From contig CM059432.1 in the NCBI GenBank assembly GCA_030390025.1, positions 82,648,001 to 82,712,000 on the forward strand: 64,000 nt of DNA, in the 5' to 3' direction. Shown here piece by piece: positions 1 through 14,500 of this stretch. This DNA comes from Squalus acanthias (Eukaryota). A model generated the notes under the pieces. That model saw only the letters and a list, made by a program, of their open reading frames with translations. It was not told the DNA's origin and made no database searches. Numbering within the stretch: position 1 is the first letter of the stretch; each line of letters starts with the position of its first letter. The position numbers and the translations under genes were made by a program.

Positions 1-432
1 TCCGCCGTGGCTCAGTTGGTAGCACACTTGCATCTGAGTCAGAAAGTTGTGGGTTCAACTCCCGCTTCAGAGACTGCACAAAATCTAGGCTGACACTCCA
101 GTGCAACACTGAGGGAGTGCTGCACGGGAGTAAGTTCCATCTTTCAGATGAGACGTTAAACCGAGGCCCCTTCTACCCTCTCAGGTGGACGTAAAAGATC
201 CATGGCACTATTCGAAGAAGAGCAGGGGAGTTCTTCCCAGTGCCTCCCCACCAACATCACTAAAAACAGATTACCTGGTCATTATCACACTGCTGTTTGT
301 GGGACCTTGCTGTGCTCAAATTCCTATATTACAACAGTGACTGCATTTCAAAAGTACTTCATTGCCTGTAAAGTGCTTTGGGATGTCCTGAGGTCCTGAA
401 AGGTACTATATAAATGCAAGATTTTCTTTCTT
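1..432 (+). mobile_element. tRNA-derived DeuSINE (SacSINE1-like), copy 1
   Basis: A box TGGCTCAGTTGG and B-box-like GGTTCAACTCC. Deu-like core GATGAGACGTTAAACCGAGGCCCC...AAAGATCCATGGCACTATT. L2-type tail TATAAATGCAAG. Matches three other copies in the window. Confidence 0.85.
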
Positions 433-614
433 TAAAGTAACCAATATTGGATTTACTAAAGGCCAGTTGCTGAGAAGACCCAGTAAAAAAATATATCTTT
501 CCGCCTGCCAGCCTTAGCAAATCCAACAAATTTACTTTGAGGTTGCTATTGAAGCATCAGGAACTAGCACTAGACTCACACAATATGTAAAAGCAGCTTT
601 AGATTTATCATCTG

Positions 615-928
615 TAGGTGTGAGGGGGAGTCTAGGACTCGGGGGCATAGACTAAAAATTAGAGCAAGATCTTTCAGGGGTGAAATTAGGAAACACTGCT
701 ACACACAAAGGGTGGTAGAAGTTTGGAACTCTCTTCCACAAATGGCAATTGATGCTAGATCAATTCTTAATTTTAAATCGGAGAATGATAGCATTTTGTT
801 AACAAAAGGTATTAAGGGATATGGTGTAAAGGTGGGTATATGGAGTTAGGTTGCAGATCAGCCATGATCTCATCGAGTGGCGGAAATGCCTCGAGGGGCT
901 AAATGGCCTCTTCCTGTTCCTACGTTCC
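615..928 (+). mobile_element. CR1 LINE 3' end fragment
   Basis: Degenerate ORF2 C-terminus (GESRTRGH...TQRVV...WNSLP-like) and 3' UTR ...AAATGGCCTCTTCCTGTTCCTA, similar to other CR1 ends here. Confidence 0.8.
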
Positions 929-2129
929 ACCATGTAACCATGTAACCATGAAACGTAATTGCTGAAAAGTGTCGCCCCACATTTAGTTTGTGCAACGTGA
1001 GCCATTTGATTCAACAAGAGATTTATAAATCCACATTTTCATGGCGCTCACACTGATTCTTTTTTGGTCAGATTGTTTACACGTAGAATTGCAACTGAGA
1101 GAGGGTGAACATGTGTCTGCTATCAGTTGCATTTGTCTAATGCTGCTTTTACACTGCCCTTAGAGGGGTGCCAGCACTTTCAGCTCTCAAAATACAGGCC
1201 TCGAGCAGCTGCTCACAACCCCAAAGTAAATTTACCAGATTTGTTAAATCCAGCTGCTGGGTCAAGCCTGATTTTATATTAAACCAGGTTTCCCCAGTGG
1301 CTGGATTTAACAATTCTGACAAGTTTACATTGGGGGTCAGTGCTGACTGTGGGAGAACTGGGTGTCGAGAGCCACCCCTCTAAGGCCAGTATAAAAGCAG
1401 TTTAGAAAGATCTGCGACCAATGAAAAAGAAAATTATCTTGCACAGCACTTGGGAATTTTCTGTAGTAAGCTTCTGAAACATTTCATCACAAAAGAAAAA
1501 CCCTGCTCATAGTATTGTTAAAGATTGCCCTCCAGCTAAAGTCGTTAAGACTTTGCTAATACTCTAAAGGCCCATTCAGAACTGCTGAAGACCACAACTT
1601 TGGTATATGTGCTGTTTGTTTACACATGGCATTGTATTGTATTTGCACCAAGATCACCGCCATTACTATGAAAGAGCTGAATAGCATCTGGTAACAGCTA
1701 GGAGTGACCAATATGCTGACAAAATTTAATTCATTTTGTCTATAATCATGATTGGGGGAAAGCCATGGCAGATTAATTACCAATTAGTTATCAGTTGCAC
1801 AGATCAGTAACGAACTAATCAGTCAACTTCACTTTTCAATTCAGTTATATTTAATGTTACAAAAGTCAAAACGTATTTCAAACAGTCATGCTAACTTTCA
1901 ACATTCCCTTAAAAGGGGCACACTGTCAGATCCATTATTCCTCTCTAAACCACAATACAAAATATTCCATCTAAGCATGTATCCAGAGAATGTCTGTGAC
2001 TGTGTGTGGAGTATTTTCTGCCAAGATTGGCCAGAATCATGGATATTGTTTTTTTATACCACATCAGTGGTAAATTTTGTATCCAGTTGAATTCAATCAG
2101 AACTAAAACAAACACATCAGGTGCAAGTG

Positions 2130-2461
2130 ATTGCTGATGGTCCCTTTAAATACCGCTGCTGGAGCCTCCTTCCTGCTTGTCAATGCTTGTTCAGCTCATA
2201 GTTGTTAAGGCATGCCAGTAAGTGGAGCGGCGAAGTCCAAACTCACAGATTGGGCATCAATTGAGCGTTGCACACTCACTGACGTCATGATCTGCTTCTT
2301 TACAATGATTTTCATTATCACTGCTATCGGCAGCACTGCGGGCCATCCAAAATTGGCGAATGCCGTGGGACCCACTGCCAGCTGGCGGAACAGTGGCGGC
2401 CGCCATTTTTTGCCCAATTATGTCAGTAGCGGGTGGCGATAAACCACCCAATTTCTAGGCC
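2130..2461. mobile_element. Degenerate Harbinger-family MITE, right-end fragment
   Basis: CCCTTTAAATA, GCGTTGCACACTCACTGACGTCATGATCTGC and terminal AATTTCTAGGCC parallel the right end of the elements at 37632-38521 and 57733-61955. Confidence 0.6.
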
Positions 2462-2594
2462 ACAGTATTTGTTTTAATACCTCTATGACTTTTGTACCGG
2501 GTTGTTTGCAGCAATGTCCAGGAAATTATTCTTTCATTCCTAGAGACTCCAGGGCAATCCTCTCAATGTGAATTTCTCACATTTGTCTCTTCCC

Positions 2595-2822
2595 GTCTCC
2601 AGTGACCCTTGCTGGAACGTGCACATGTGTAAATGTCGGTAGAAGACAGGATTGAGCTTGGCTGTTCCCCATCCCCATGATAGAAAAGCCTGCTGACATT
2701 CACTATCTAGACTCAGACATGAAAACTGACCACTTGGGCAAGATTGCCAGCACCCATAAAGTCGTAGCTCACATAAGTGAGCACCTTCGAAAATGGTGGG
2801 GAGAAAAGAGAAGAAAATTGGA
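2595..2822 (+). mobile_element. AmnSINE2-like SINE fragment
   Basis: CCAGTGACCCTTGCTGGAA...CTAGACTCAGACATGAAAACTGACCACTTGGGCAAG matches the copy at 51775-52890. Family assigned from memory of the consensus. Confidence 0.55.
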
Positions 2823-3422
2823 AATAAAAAATATGGAAGGACATTTACTTTTTAAGTGATATACGTCAAAATCAGTTGCATTTTTATACCACAATTAGTG
2901 GTTGGCAGGTCTGTTGTGTAGGATAGGGATCTAAAAAGATGGAAACAGTAAGTTAAAACCTTAGCAAATAAATTAACCCTGATATGAAGAATTATGTTAT
3001 TGGCCCCTGTGAGTTCATAATGAGAAGATTTAATAACACATTAAAAATCTTTGCCTTATTTTTCAAGCAACTGCATAGATCCTTCATGTTAATATGGAAG
3101 GTATAACAAAAAAAATACCAGATTTGTTTAGCATTCTACCCTATATTTAATTTTTGATGAAGAAGATTTCATTTTATAAGTGGTACTGATTTTTTAACTA
3201 GAAATAAAAAATAACAGTTGTTGAAGCAAATTAACATAACGTCCCCAGCCACAAAGCAGCTGAAAGGCTCCCTGATAATGAGTTTTATTAACTCTCATAA
3301 TGTCTGCAAAGTAGCACTGCATCAAAGTATTGAATCTATTGTGTAGTCACTCCCAGAAGAGCCACTTACAGGAGCAAGTGGGTCAATGACTAATTGATCA
3401 GTGAAAGGTTCCTTGCTTCCAG

Positions 3423-3504
3423 TCTTTGCAAAAGCTGCATGAAAATAGTAACAAAGGATGCACTACCCTGCCCAGTCTGCGATATTGAAAGAGGAACAGC
3501 ATTG
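3423..3504 (+). CDS. Putative host-gene exon A (LCKSCMKIVTKDALPCPVCDIERGTAL), zinc-finger/RING-like motif
   Basis: Acceptor TTCCTTGCTTCCAG and donor TTG|GTAAAA. 82 nt, phase 2 in and phase 0 out, in frame with exon B. Encodes CxxC-x9-CPxC. Confidence 0.6.
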
Positions 3505-4583
3505 GTAAAATTGTTTGTTTATTGCTGTATCTTTTTAATTATTTTGTGGAAAGAAGGCAAACACTTTTCTTAAACCATACTGTTGATGCACAATTAAATT
3601 GAATCCCATTTTAAACTGTTTTTTTTTGTTGTGAAACATTTCAGCTTTAGAGACTTTAATTGGGTAACAAGTAGATGGCTTTGCTCATGGTGAGTTGGAG
3701 GTTTCATAAGAACAAGGGCATTATGCGAAGAGATATTACATTGACTTATCAGCAGTAGGGATGGCCCAGGGATTTGGCAGTATGGGAATGGGGTCTAGTA
3801 GTAGTTTGAGATGGGCTCTCAGGATCTGGGAATACTGGGAAAGGGCTCCCAAGGCACCAGAAACACCGGAAAGGGAAATTATAGGAACAGTGGGACAGGT
3901 CCTGGGATCTGGGATCACGAGGAGAGTGTTCCTAGGACCTGTTGACATTGAGGAGGGACTTCTCTAGGTCAGGTAGCGTTGGGGCAGGTATGGGATGAGA
4001 GAGCATTAGAAATGTAGTCTGGGGGTTTATGATCACTCAGAGTGGGTAGAGGGATCTAGGAGTGGAGGGGAACATGTCTAACGATGGACATTGTGAGGAC
4101 CAACAGAACTTGGTGCAAGGCATTTGAAGCATTGATGGTTGTTGGGATCAGGCAGTATTTGGGGATTAAGGTTGGAAAGGAAGAACCAGGAGAATGGGAC
4201 CCAAACTGTCATTGGCCCATTAGATACTATAAGGCCCCAAATCCCCATGTATTCCCGCATGTCATTTACACTGACCACCACTTTTACCAATTATCAGCCA
4301 GTCCCTATCAATCTATGCTTGCCTTCAAGCATTTCACCATAAATTTTCTGCTTTTTAAATTAATGGGTGGAATTTCATGCACTAGGACTGCACTATTAGT
4401 GAGCTTACCGATTTAGATATTCTTCAATAAACAGAAATGCCCATAAACAATCAAAAATGACCTTATAAAATACTCAAAGTGCATCATTTACATTAAACAA
4501 TTGTTACGCCTCAAAGGAGCAATTTTTTAACCAAATATATACAATCAAAAGCATTTATTGACGAAAAATTCTCAATAAACTAT

Positions 4584-5325
4584 GGGCCAAAAATTGATCC
4601 CGCTGCGCGAGAGTACGCACTGCGTACTCTCGCGTATTCTCTCTCCAATTGCCGGTTTTCTGCATGCACTGCGCATGCGCTGAAAACCGGCACTTGGTCT
4701 TTGGAAAAGGGGGCGGTTCCTCGGTGCACCGCGTGCGCGCTACAGGCTGCGCGCACGCTGTGCACTTAGTGCTTTGGACGCGCAGGTAAGGACGGAAGAT
4801 TTTAGAAATGAAAAAAGGAGGAGTAAGACCCACTTTTAACAAGGTAAGTAGTGAATTAAGTATTATTTTGAATTTTTTTTAACAGGTATATCTTTTTTAG
4901 AGACTTTAAAGACAGGTAAGTTTATTTTTATAACTTTTTAAAAGATTTTAAATTTTTTCAAAAATTTAAATTTTTATTTAAAATGGTTAATTTATTTAAC
5001 TATACTTATTTTATTAATGTGATGTTTTTTTTTTAATTTAATTGAGGTTTAGCTGTTATTTTGGGGGTGTGTAAGATTCATAGCTTTCACAGCACGTATG
5101 TGAAACTTATGAATGGAAGATGGTGTGCTGCCATTGGCTCTAACTGAGTCACGTGATCCCACAGCTCGCACGAATTCACTACGCCGGTGGGATACGCAAG
5201 CACTGCCCAGCTGATGTCTGGAACATCAAGTTCGTGCGAGCTGGATCTGAAAAAGCCAACGCGGAGTGAGAGATCGCGCCTGCTCCTTACCCCCGCGGGA
5301 ACAGAGCGAGATCAATTTCTGGGCC
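4584..5325. mobile_element. MITE (probably PIF/Harbinger-type) with AT-rich core
   Basis: 21-bp TIRs GGGCCAAAAATTGATCCCGCT and rc GGCCCAGAAATTGATCTCGCT. Flanks TAT/AAT form an imperfect 3-bp TSD. Confidence 0.7.
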
Positions 5326-5442
5326 AATCTCTTTTCTTTTCTAACCATCAACAAACAACCCACAATAACAGTTGTTACTATTCCCACATGTTGCTTCTTC
5401 TTTCAGTGAAGAATTTATAACAGAAAAATACAACTTCAATAT

Positions 5443-5490
5443 AGAACAGCAACTTTTATTTATAACGCGCCTTTAATGTAGAGAAATGTC
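5443..5490 (-). mobile_element. Short L2/SINE-type 3' tail remnant
   Basis: AACAGCAACTTTTATTTATAACGCGCCTTTAA resembles the minus-strand L2 tail at ~40135 (AACAACTTGTATTTATATAGTGCCTTTAA). Confidence 0.45.
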
Positions 5491-5521
5491 TGCTTCTGGA
5501 TCTTGCTCAGCTTGACAGCCA

Positions 5522-8500
5522 ATAGTAACTCTAATTATAGTAACTCTAATCATAGTAACTCTAATTATAGTAACTCTAATTATAGTAACTCCAATTATAG
5601 TAACTCTAATCATAGTAACTCTAATTATAGTAACTCTAATCATAGTAACTCTAATTATAGTAACTCCAATTATAGTAACTCTAATTATAGTAACTCCAAT
5701 TATAGAAACTCTAATCATAGTAACTCCAATTATAGAAACTCTAATTATAGTAACTCCAATTATAGTAACTCTAATTATAGTAACTCCAATTATAGAAACT
5801 CTAATTATAGAAACTCTAATTATAGTAACTCCAATTATAGTAACTCCAATTATAGTAACTCCAATTATAGTAACTCTAATTATAGTAACTCCAATTATAG
5901 TAACTCTAATTATAGTAACTCTAATCATAGTAACTCCAATTATAGTAACTCTAATTATAGTAACTCTAATTATAGTAACTCCAATCATAGTAACTCCAAT
6001 TATAGTAACTCTAATCATAGTAACTCCAATTATAGTAACTCCAATTATAGTAACTCTAATTATAGTAACTCCAATTATAGTAACTCCAATTATAGTAACT
6101 CTAATCATAGTAACTCCAATTATAGTAACTCCAATTATAGTAACTCTAATCATAGTAACTCCAATTATAGTAACTCCAATTATAGTAACTCTAATCATAG
6201 TAACTCCAATCATAGTAACTCCAATTATAGTAACTCTAATCATAGTAACTCTAATCATAGTAACTCCAATTATAGTAACTCTAATCATAGTAACTCCAAT
6301 TATAGTAACTCCAATTATAGTAACTCCAATCATAGTAACTCCAATTATAGTAACTCTAATTATAGTAACTCTAATTATAGTAACTCTAATCATAGTAACT
6401 CTAATTATAGTAACTCCAATCATAGTAACTCCAATTATAGTAACTCTAATTATAGTAACTCTAATTATAGTAACTCTAATCATAGTAACTCTAATCATAG
6501 TAACTCTAATCATAGTAACTCCAATTATAGTAACTCTAATCATAGTAACTCCAATCATAGTAACTCCAATTATAGTAACTCCAATCATAGTAACTCCAAT
6601 TATAGTAACTCTAATTATAGTAACTCTAATTATAGTAACTCTAATCATAGTAACTCTAATTATAGTAACTCCAATTATAGTAACTCCAATTATAGTAACT
6701 TTAATCATAGTAACTCCAATTATAGTAACTCTAATTATAGTAACTCCAATTATAGTAACTCTAATTATAGTAACTCCAATTATAGTAACTCTAATTATAG
6801 TAACTTTAATCATAGTAACTCCAATTATAGTAACTCTAATTATAGTAAATCCAATTATAGTAACTCTAATTATAGTAACTCCAATTATAGTAACTCCAAT
6901 TATAGTAACTCCAATTATAGTAACTCCAATTATAGTAACTCTAATTATAGTAACTTTAATCATAGTAACTCCAATTATAGTAACTCTAATTATAGTAAAT
7001 CCAATTATAGTAACTCTAATTATAGAAACTCTAATTATAGTAACTCCAATTATAGTAACTCCAATTATAGTAACTCCAATTATAGTAACTCCAATTATAG
7101 TAACTCCAATTATAGTAACTCTAATTATAGTAACTTTAATCATAGTAACTCCAATTATAGTAACTCTAATTATAGTAACTCCAATTATAGTAACTCCAAT
7201 TATAGTAACTCTAATTATAGTAACTCCAATTATAGTAACTCCAATTATAGTAACTCTAATCATAGTAACTCCAATTATAGTAACTCCAATTATAGTAACT
7301 CTAATTATAGTAACTCTAATTATAGTAACTCTAATTATAGTAACTCTAATCATAGTAACTTTGATCATAGTAACTCCAATTATAGTAACTCCAATTATAG
7401 TAACTCTAATTATAGTAACTCTAATTATAGTAACTCTAATTATAGTAACTCTAATTATAGTAACTTTGATCATAGTAACTCCAATTATAGTAACTCTAAT
7501 TATAGTAACTCCAATTATAGTAACTCCAATTATAGTAACTCTAATCATAGTAACTCCAATTATAGTAACTCCAATTATAGTAACTCTAATTATAGTAACT
7601 TTAATCATAGTAACTCCAATTATAGTAACTTTAATTATAGTAACTCCAATTATAGTAACTCTAATTATAGTAACTCCAATTATAGTAACTCTAATTATAG
7701 TAACTTTAATCATAGTAACTCCAATTATAGTAACTCCAATTATAGTAACTCCAATTATAGTAACTCCAATTATAGTAACTCTAATTATAGTAACTCTAAT
7801 TATAGTAACTCTAATTATAGTAACTTTAATCATAGTAACTCTAATTATAGTAACTCTAATTATAGTAACTCCAATTATAGTAACTCTAATTATAGTAACT
7901 CTAATTATAGTAACTCTAATTATAGTAACTCCAATTATAGTAACTCTAATCATAGTAACTCCAATTATAGTAACTCTAATTATAGTAACTCTAATTATAG
8001 TAACTCTAATTATAGTAACTCTAATTATAGTAACTCCAATTATAGTAACTCCAATTATAGTAACTCCAATTATAGTAACTCTAATTATAGTAACTCTAAT
8101 CATAGTAACTCCAATTATAGTAACTCCAATTATAGTAACTTTAATCATAGTAACTCCAATTATAGTAACTCTAATTATAGTAACTCCAATTATAGTAACT
8201 TTAATCATAGTAACTCCAATTATAGTAACTTTAATCATAGTAACTCCAATTATAGTAACTCTAATTATAGTAACTCTAATTATAGTAACTTTAATCATAG
8301 TAACTCCAATTATAGTAACTCTAATTATAGTAACTTTAATCATAGTAACTCCAATTATAGTAACTCTAATTATAGTAACTTTAATTATAGTAACTCCAAT
8401 TATAGTAACTTTAATCATAGTAACTCTAATTATAGTAACTCCAATTATAGTAACTTTAATTATAGTAACTCTAATTATAGTAACTTTAATCATAGTAACT

Positions 8501-11500
8501 CCAATTATAGTAACTCTAATTATAGTAACTTTAATTATAGTAACTCTAATTATAGTAACTTTAATCATAGTAACTCCAATTATAGTAACTCTAATTATAG
8601 TAACTTTAATTATAGTAACTCTAATTATAGTAACTCTAATTATAGTAACTTTAATTATAGTAACTCTAATTATAGTAACTTTAATCATAGTAACTCCAAT
8701 TATAGTAACTCTAATTATAGTAACTTTAATTATAGTAACTCCAATTATAGTAACTTTAATCATAGTAACTCTAATTATAGTAACTTTAATCATAGTAACT
8801 CTAATTATAGTAACTCTAATTATAGTAACTTTAATCATAGTAACTCTAATTATAGTAACTCTAATTATAGTAACTTTAATCATAGTAACTCCAATTATAG
8901 TAACTCTAATTATAGTAACTCTAATTATAGTAACTCTAATCATAGTAACTCCAATTATAGTAACTCCAATTATAGTAACTCTAATTATAGTAACTCCAAT
9001 TATAGTAACTTTAATCATAGTAACTCTAATTATAGTAACTTTAATCATAGTAACTCTAATTATAGTAACTCTAATTATAGTAACTTTAATCATAGTAACT
9101 CCAATTATAGTAACTCTAATTATAGTAACTCTAATTATAGTAACTCTAATCATAGTAACTCCAATTATAGTAACTCCAATTATAGTAACTCTAATTATAG
9201 TAACTCCAATTATAGTAACTTTAATCATAGTAACTCTAATTATAGTAACTTTAATCATAGTAACTCTAATTATAGTAACTCTAATTATAGTAACTTTAAT
9301 CATAGTAACTCCAATTATAGTAACTTTAATCATAGTAACTCCAATTATAGTAACTCTAATCATAGTAACTCCAATTATAGTAACTTTAATCATAGTAACT
9401 CCAATTATAGTAACTCTAATTATAGTAACTCCAATTATAGTAACTTTAATCATAGTAACTCTAATTATAGTAACTTTAATCATAGTAACTCTAATTATAG
9501 TAACTCTAATTATAGTAACTTTAATCATAGTAACTCCAATTATAGTAACTCTAATCATAGTAACTCCAATTATAGTAACTCTAATTATAGTAACTTTAAT
9601 CATAGTAACTCTAATTATAGTAACTCCAATTATAGTAACTCTAATTATAGTAACTTTAATCATAGTAACTCTAATTATAGTAACTCCAATTATAGTAACT
9701 CCAATTATAGTAACTCTAATTATAGTAACTTTAATCATAGTAACTCTAATTATAGTAACTCTAATCATAGTAACTCCAATTATAGTAACTCCAATTATAG
9801 TAACTCCAATTATAGTAACTTTAATCATAGTAACTCTAATTATAGTAACTCTAATTATAGTAACTCTAATTATAGTAACTCCAATTATAGTAACTCCAAT
9901 TATAGTAACTCTAATCATAGTAACTCCAATTATAGTAACTCCAATTATAGTAACTCCAATTATAGTAACTCTAATTATAGTAACTCTAATTATAGTAACT
10001 CTAATTATAGTAACTCCAATTATAGTAACTCCAATTATAGTAACTCCAATTATAGTAACTCTAATCATAGTAACTCCAATTATAGTAACTCTAATCATAG
10101 TAACTCCAATTATAGTAACTCCAATTATAGTAACTCCAATTATAGTAACTCTAATCATAGTAACTCCAATTATAGTAACTCCAATTATAGTAACTCCAAT
10201 TATAGTAACTCCAATCATAGTAACTCTAATTATAGTAACTCCAATTATAGTAACTCCAATCATAGTAACTCTAATTATAGTAACTCTAATTATAGTAACT
10301 TTAATCATAGTAACTCTAATTATAGTAACTCCAATTATAGTAACTCTAATCATAGTAACTCCAATTATAGTAACTCCAATTATAGTAACTCCAATTATAG
10401 TAACTCCAATCATAGTAACTCTAATTATAGTAACTCCAATTATAGTAACTCCAATCATAGTAACTCTAATTATAGTAACTCTAATTATAGTAACTCTAAT
10501 CATAGTAACTCCAATTATAGTAACTCCAATTATAGTAACTCCAATCATAGTAACTCTAATTATAGTAACTCCAATTATAGTAACTCCAATTATAGTAACT
10601 CTAATTATAGTAACTCCAATTATAGTAACTCCAATTATAGTAACTCCAATTATAGTAACTCCAATCATAGTAACTCTAATTATAGTAACTCTAATTATAG
10701 TAACTCCAATCATAGTAACTCTAATTATAGTAACTCCAATTATAGTAACTTTAATCATAGTAACTCCAATTATAGTAACTCCAATTATAGTAACTCCAAT
10801 TATAGTAACTCCAATCATAGTAACTCTAATTATAGTAACTCCAATTATAGTAACTCCAATTATAGTAACTCCAATCATAGTAACTCTAATTATAGTAACT
10901 CTAATTATAGTAACTCTAATCATAGTAACTCCAAATATAGTAACTCTAATTATAGTAACTCTAATTATAGTAACTCCAATTATAGTAACTCTAATTATAG
11001 TAACTCTAATTATAGTAACTCTAATTATAGTAACTCCAATTATAGTAACTTTAATCATAGTAACTCCAATTATAGTAACTCCAATTATAGTAACTCTAAT
11101 TATAGTAACTCCAATTATAGTAACTCTAATTATAGTAACTCTAATTATAGTAACTCCAATTATAGTAACTCTAATCATAGTAACTCCAATTATAGTAACT
11201 CTAATTATAGAAACTCTAATTATAGTAACTCCAATTATAGTAACTCCAATTATAGAAACTCCAATTATAGTAACTCCAATTATAGTAACTCTAATTATAG
11301 TAACTCTAATTATAGTAACTCCAATTATAGTAACTCCAATTATAGTAACTTTAATTATAGTAACTCTAATTATAGAAACTCCAATTATAGTAACTCCAAT
11401 TATAGTAACTCTAATTATAGTAACTCCAATTATAGTAACTCCAATTATAGTAACTTTAATTATAGTAACTCTAATTATAGAAACTCCAATTATAGTAACT

Positions 11501-14500
11501 CCAATTATAGTAACTCTAATTATAGTAACTCCAATTATAGTAACTCCAATTATAGTAACTTTAATTATAGTAACTCTAATTATAGTAACTCTAATCATAG
11601 TAACTCCAATTATAGTAACTCCAATTATAGTAACTCCAATTATAGTAACTCTAATTATAGTAACTCCAATTATAGTAACTCCAATTATAGTAACTTTAAT
11701 TATAGTAACTCTAATTATAGTAACTTTAATTATAGTAACTCTAATTATAGTAACTTTAATTATAGTAACTCCAATTATAGTAACTTTAATTATAGTAACT
11801 CTAATTATAGCAACTCTAATTATAGTAACTCCAATTATAGTAACTCCAATTATAGTAACTTTAATTATAGAAACTCCAATTATAGTAACTCCAATTATAG
11901 TAACTCTAATTATAGTAACTCTAATTATAGTAACTCCAATTATAGTAACTCCAATTATAGTAACTCCAATTATAGTAACTTTAATTATAGAAACTCCAAT
12001 TATAGTAACTCCAATTATAGTAACTTTAATTATAGTAACTCCAATCATAGTAACTCCAATTATAGTAACTCCAATTATAGTAACTCTAATTATAGTAACT
12101 CCAATTATAGTAACTCCAATTATAGTAACTCTAATTATAGTAACTCCAATTATAGTAACTTTAATCATAGTAACTCTAATTATAGTAACTTTAATTATAG
12201 TAACTTTAATCATAGTAACTCCAATTATAGTAACTCCAATTATAGTAACTCCAATTATAGTAACTTTAATCATAGTAACTCCAATCATAGTAACTCCAAT
12301 TATAGTAACTCCAATTATAGTAACTTTAATCATAGTAACTCTAATCATAGTAACTCTAATCATAGTAACTTTAATTATAGTAACTCCAATTATAGTAACT
12401 TTAATCATAGTAACTCTAATCATAGTAACTCCAATTATAGTAACTCTAATTATAGTAACTCCAATTATAGTAACTCCAATTATAGTAACTCCAATTATAG
12501 TAACTCCAATTATAGTAACTCTAATTATAGTAACTCTAATTATAGTAACTCCGATTATAGTAACTCCGATTATAGTAACTCTAATTATAGTAACTCCAAT
12601 TATAGTAACTCCAATTATAGTAACTCTAATTATAGTAACTCCAATTATAGAAACTCCAATCATAGTAACTCTAATTATAGTAACTCTAATTATAGTAACT
12701 TTAATCATAGTAACTCCAATTATAGTAACTCTAATTATAGTAACTCCAATCATAGTAACTCCAATTATAGTAACTTTAATCATAGTAACTCTAATTATAG
12801 TAACTTTAATCATAGTAACTCCAATTATAGTAACTCCAATCATAGTAACTCTAATTATAGTAACTTTAATCATAGTAACTCCAATTATAGTAACTCTAAT
12901 TATAGTAACTCTAATTATAGTAACTCTAATTATAGAAACTCTAATTATAGTAACTCCAATTATAGTAACTCTAATTATAGTAACTTTAATCATAGTAACT
13001 CTAATTATAGTAACTTTAATCATAGTAACTCCAATTATAGTAACTCTAATTATAGTAACTCTAATTATAGTAACTCTAATTATAGAAACTCTAATTATAG
13101 TAACTCCAATTATAGTAACTCTAATTATAGTAACTCTAATTATAGTAACTCCAATCATAGTAACTCTAATCATAGTAACTCTAATTATAGTAACTCCAAT
13201 TATAGTAACTTTAATCATAGTAACTCTAATCATAGTAACTCCAATTATAGTAACTCCAATTATAGTAACTCCAATTATAGTAACTCCAATCATAGTAACT
13301 CTAATCATAGTAACTCCAATTATAGTAACTCCAATTATAGTAACTCCAATTATAGTAACTCCAATCATAGTAACTCTAATCATAGTAACTCTAATTATAG
13401 TAACTCCAATTATAGTAACTCCAATTATAGTAACTTTAATCATAGTAACTCTAATCATAGTAACTCCAATTATAGTAACTCCAATTATAGTAACTCCAAT
13501 TATAGTAACTCCAATTATAGTAACTCCAATTATAGTAACTCCAATCATAGTAACTCTAATCATAGTAACTCCAATTATAGTAACTCCAATTATAGTAACT
13601 CCAATTATAGTAACTCTAATTATAGTAACTCTAATCATAGTAACTTTAATCATAGTAACTCTAATTATAGAAACTCTAATTATAGTAACTCTAATTATAG
13701 TAACTTTAATCATAGTAACTCCAATTATAGAAACTCTAATTATAGTAACTCTAATTATAGTAACTTTAATCATAGTAACTCTAAGTATAGTAACTCTAAT
13801 TATAGTAACTTTAATCATAGTAACTCTAATTATAGTAACTCTAATTATAGTAACTCCAATTATAGTAACTCTAATTATAGTAACTTTAATCATAGTAACT
13901 CTAATTATAGAAACTCTAATTATAGTAACTCTAATTATAGTAACTCTAATTATAGTAACTCTAATTATAGTAACTTTAATCATAGTAACTCTAATTATAG
14001 TAACTCTAATTATAGTAACTTTAATCATAGTAACTCTAATTATAGAAACTCTAATTATAGTAACTCTAATTATAGAAACTCTAATTATAGTAACTCTAAT
14101 TATAGTAACTTTAATCATAGTAACTCTAATTATAGTAACTCCAATTATAGAAACTCTAATTATAGTAACTCTAATTATAGTAACTCTAATTATAGTAACT
14201 CTAATTATAGTAACTCTAATTATAGTAACTCTAATTATAGTAACTTTAATCATAGTAACTCTAATTATAGAAACTCTAATTATAGTAACTCTAATTATAG
14301 AAACTCTAATTATAGTAACTCTAATTATAGTAACTCTAATTATAGTAACTTTAATCATAGTAACTCTAATTATAGTAACTCCAATTATAGAAACTCTAAT
14401 TATAGTAACTCTAATTATAGTAACTCTAATTATAGTAACTCTAATTATAGAAACTCTAATTATAGTAACTCTAATTATAGAAACTCTAATTATAGTAACT

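Noticed and set aside
1569..1601. Possible additional upstream exon
   Set aside because: Weak acceptor, and no convincing frame giving the phase-2 junction required by exon A.
3700..4400. G-rich stretch with several short ORFs
   Set aside because: No motifs, termini or splice-compatible frame that I could support. Probably a decayed repeat.
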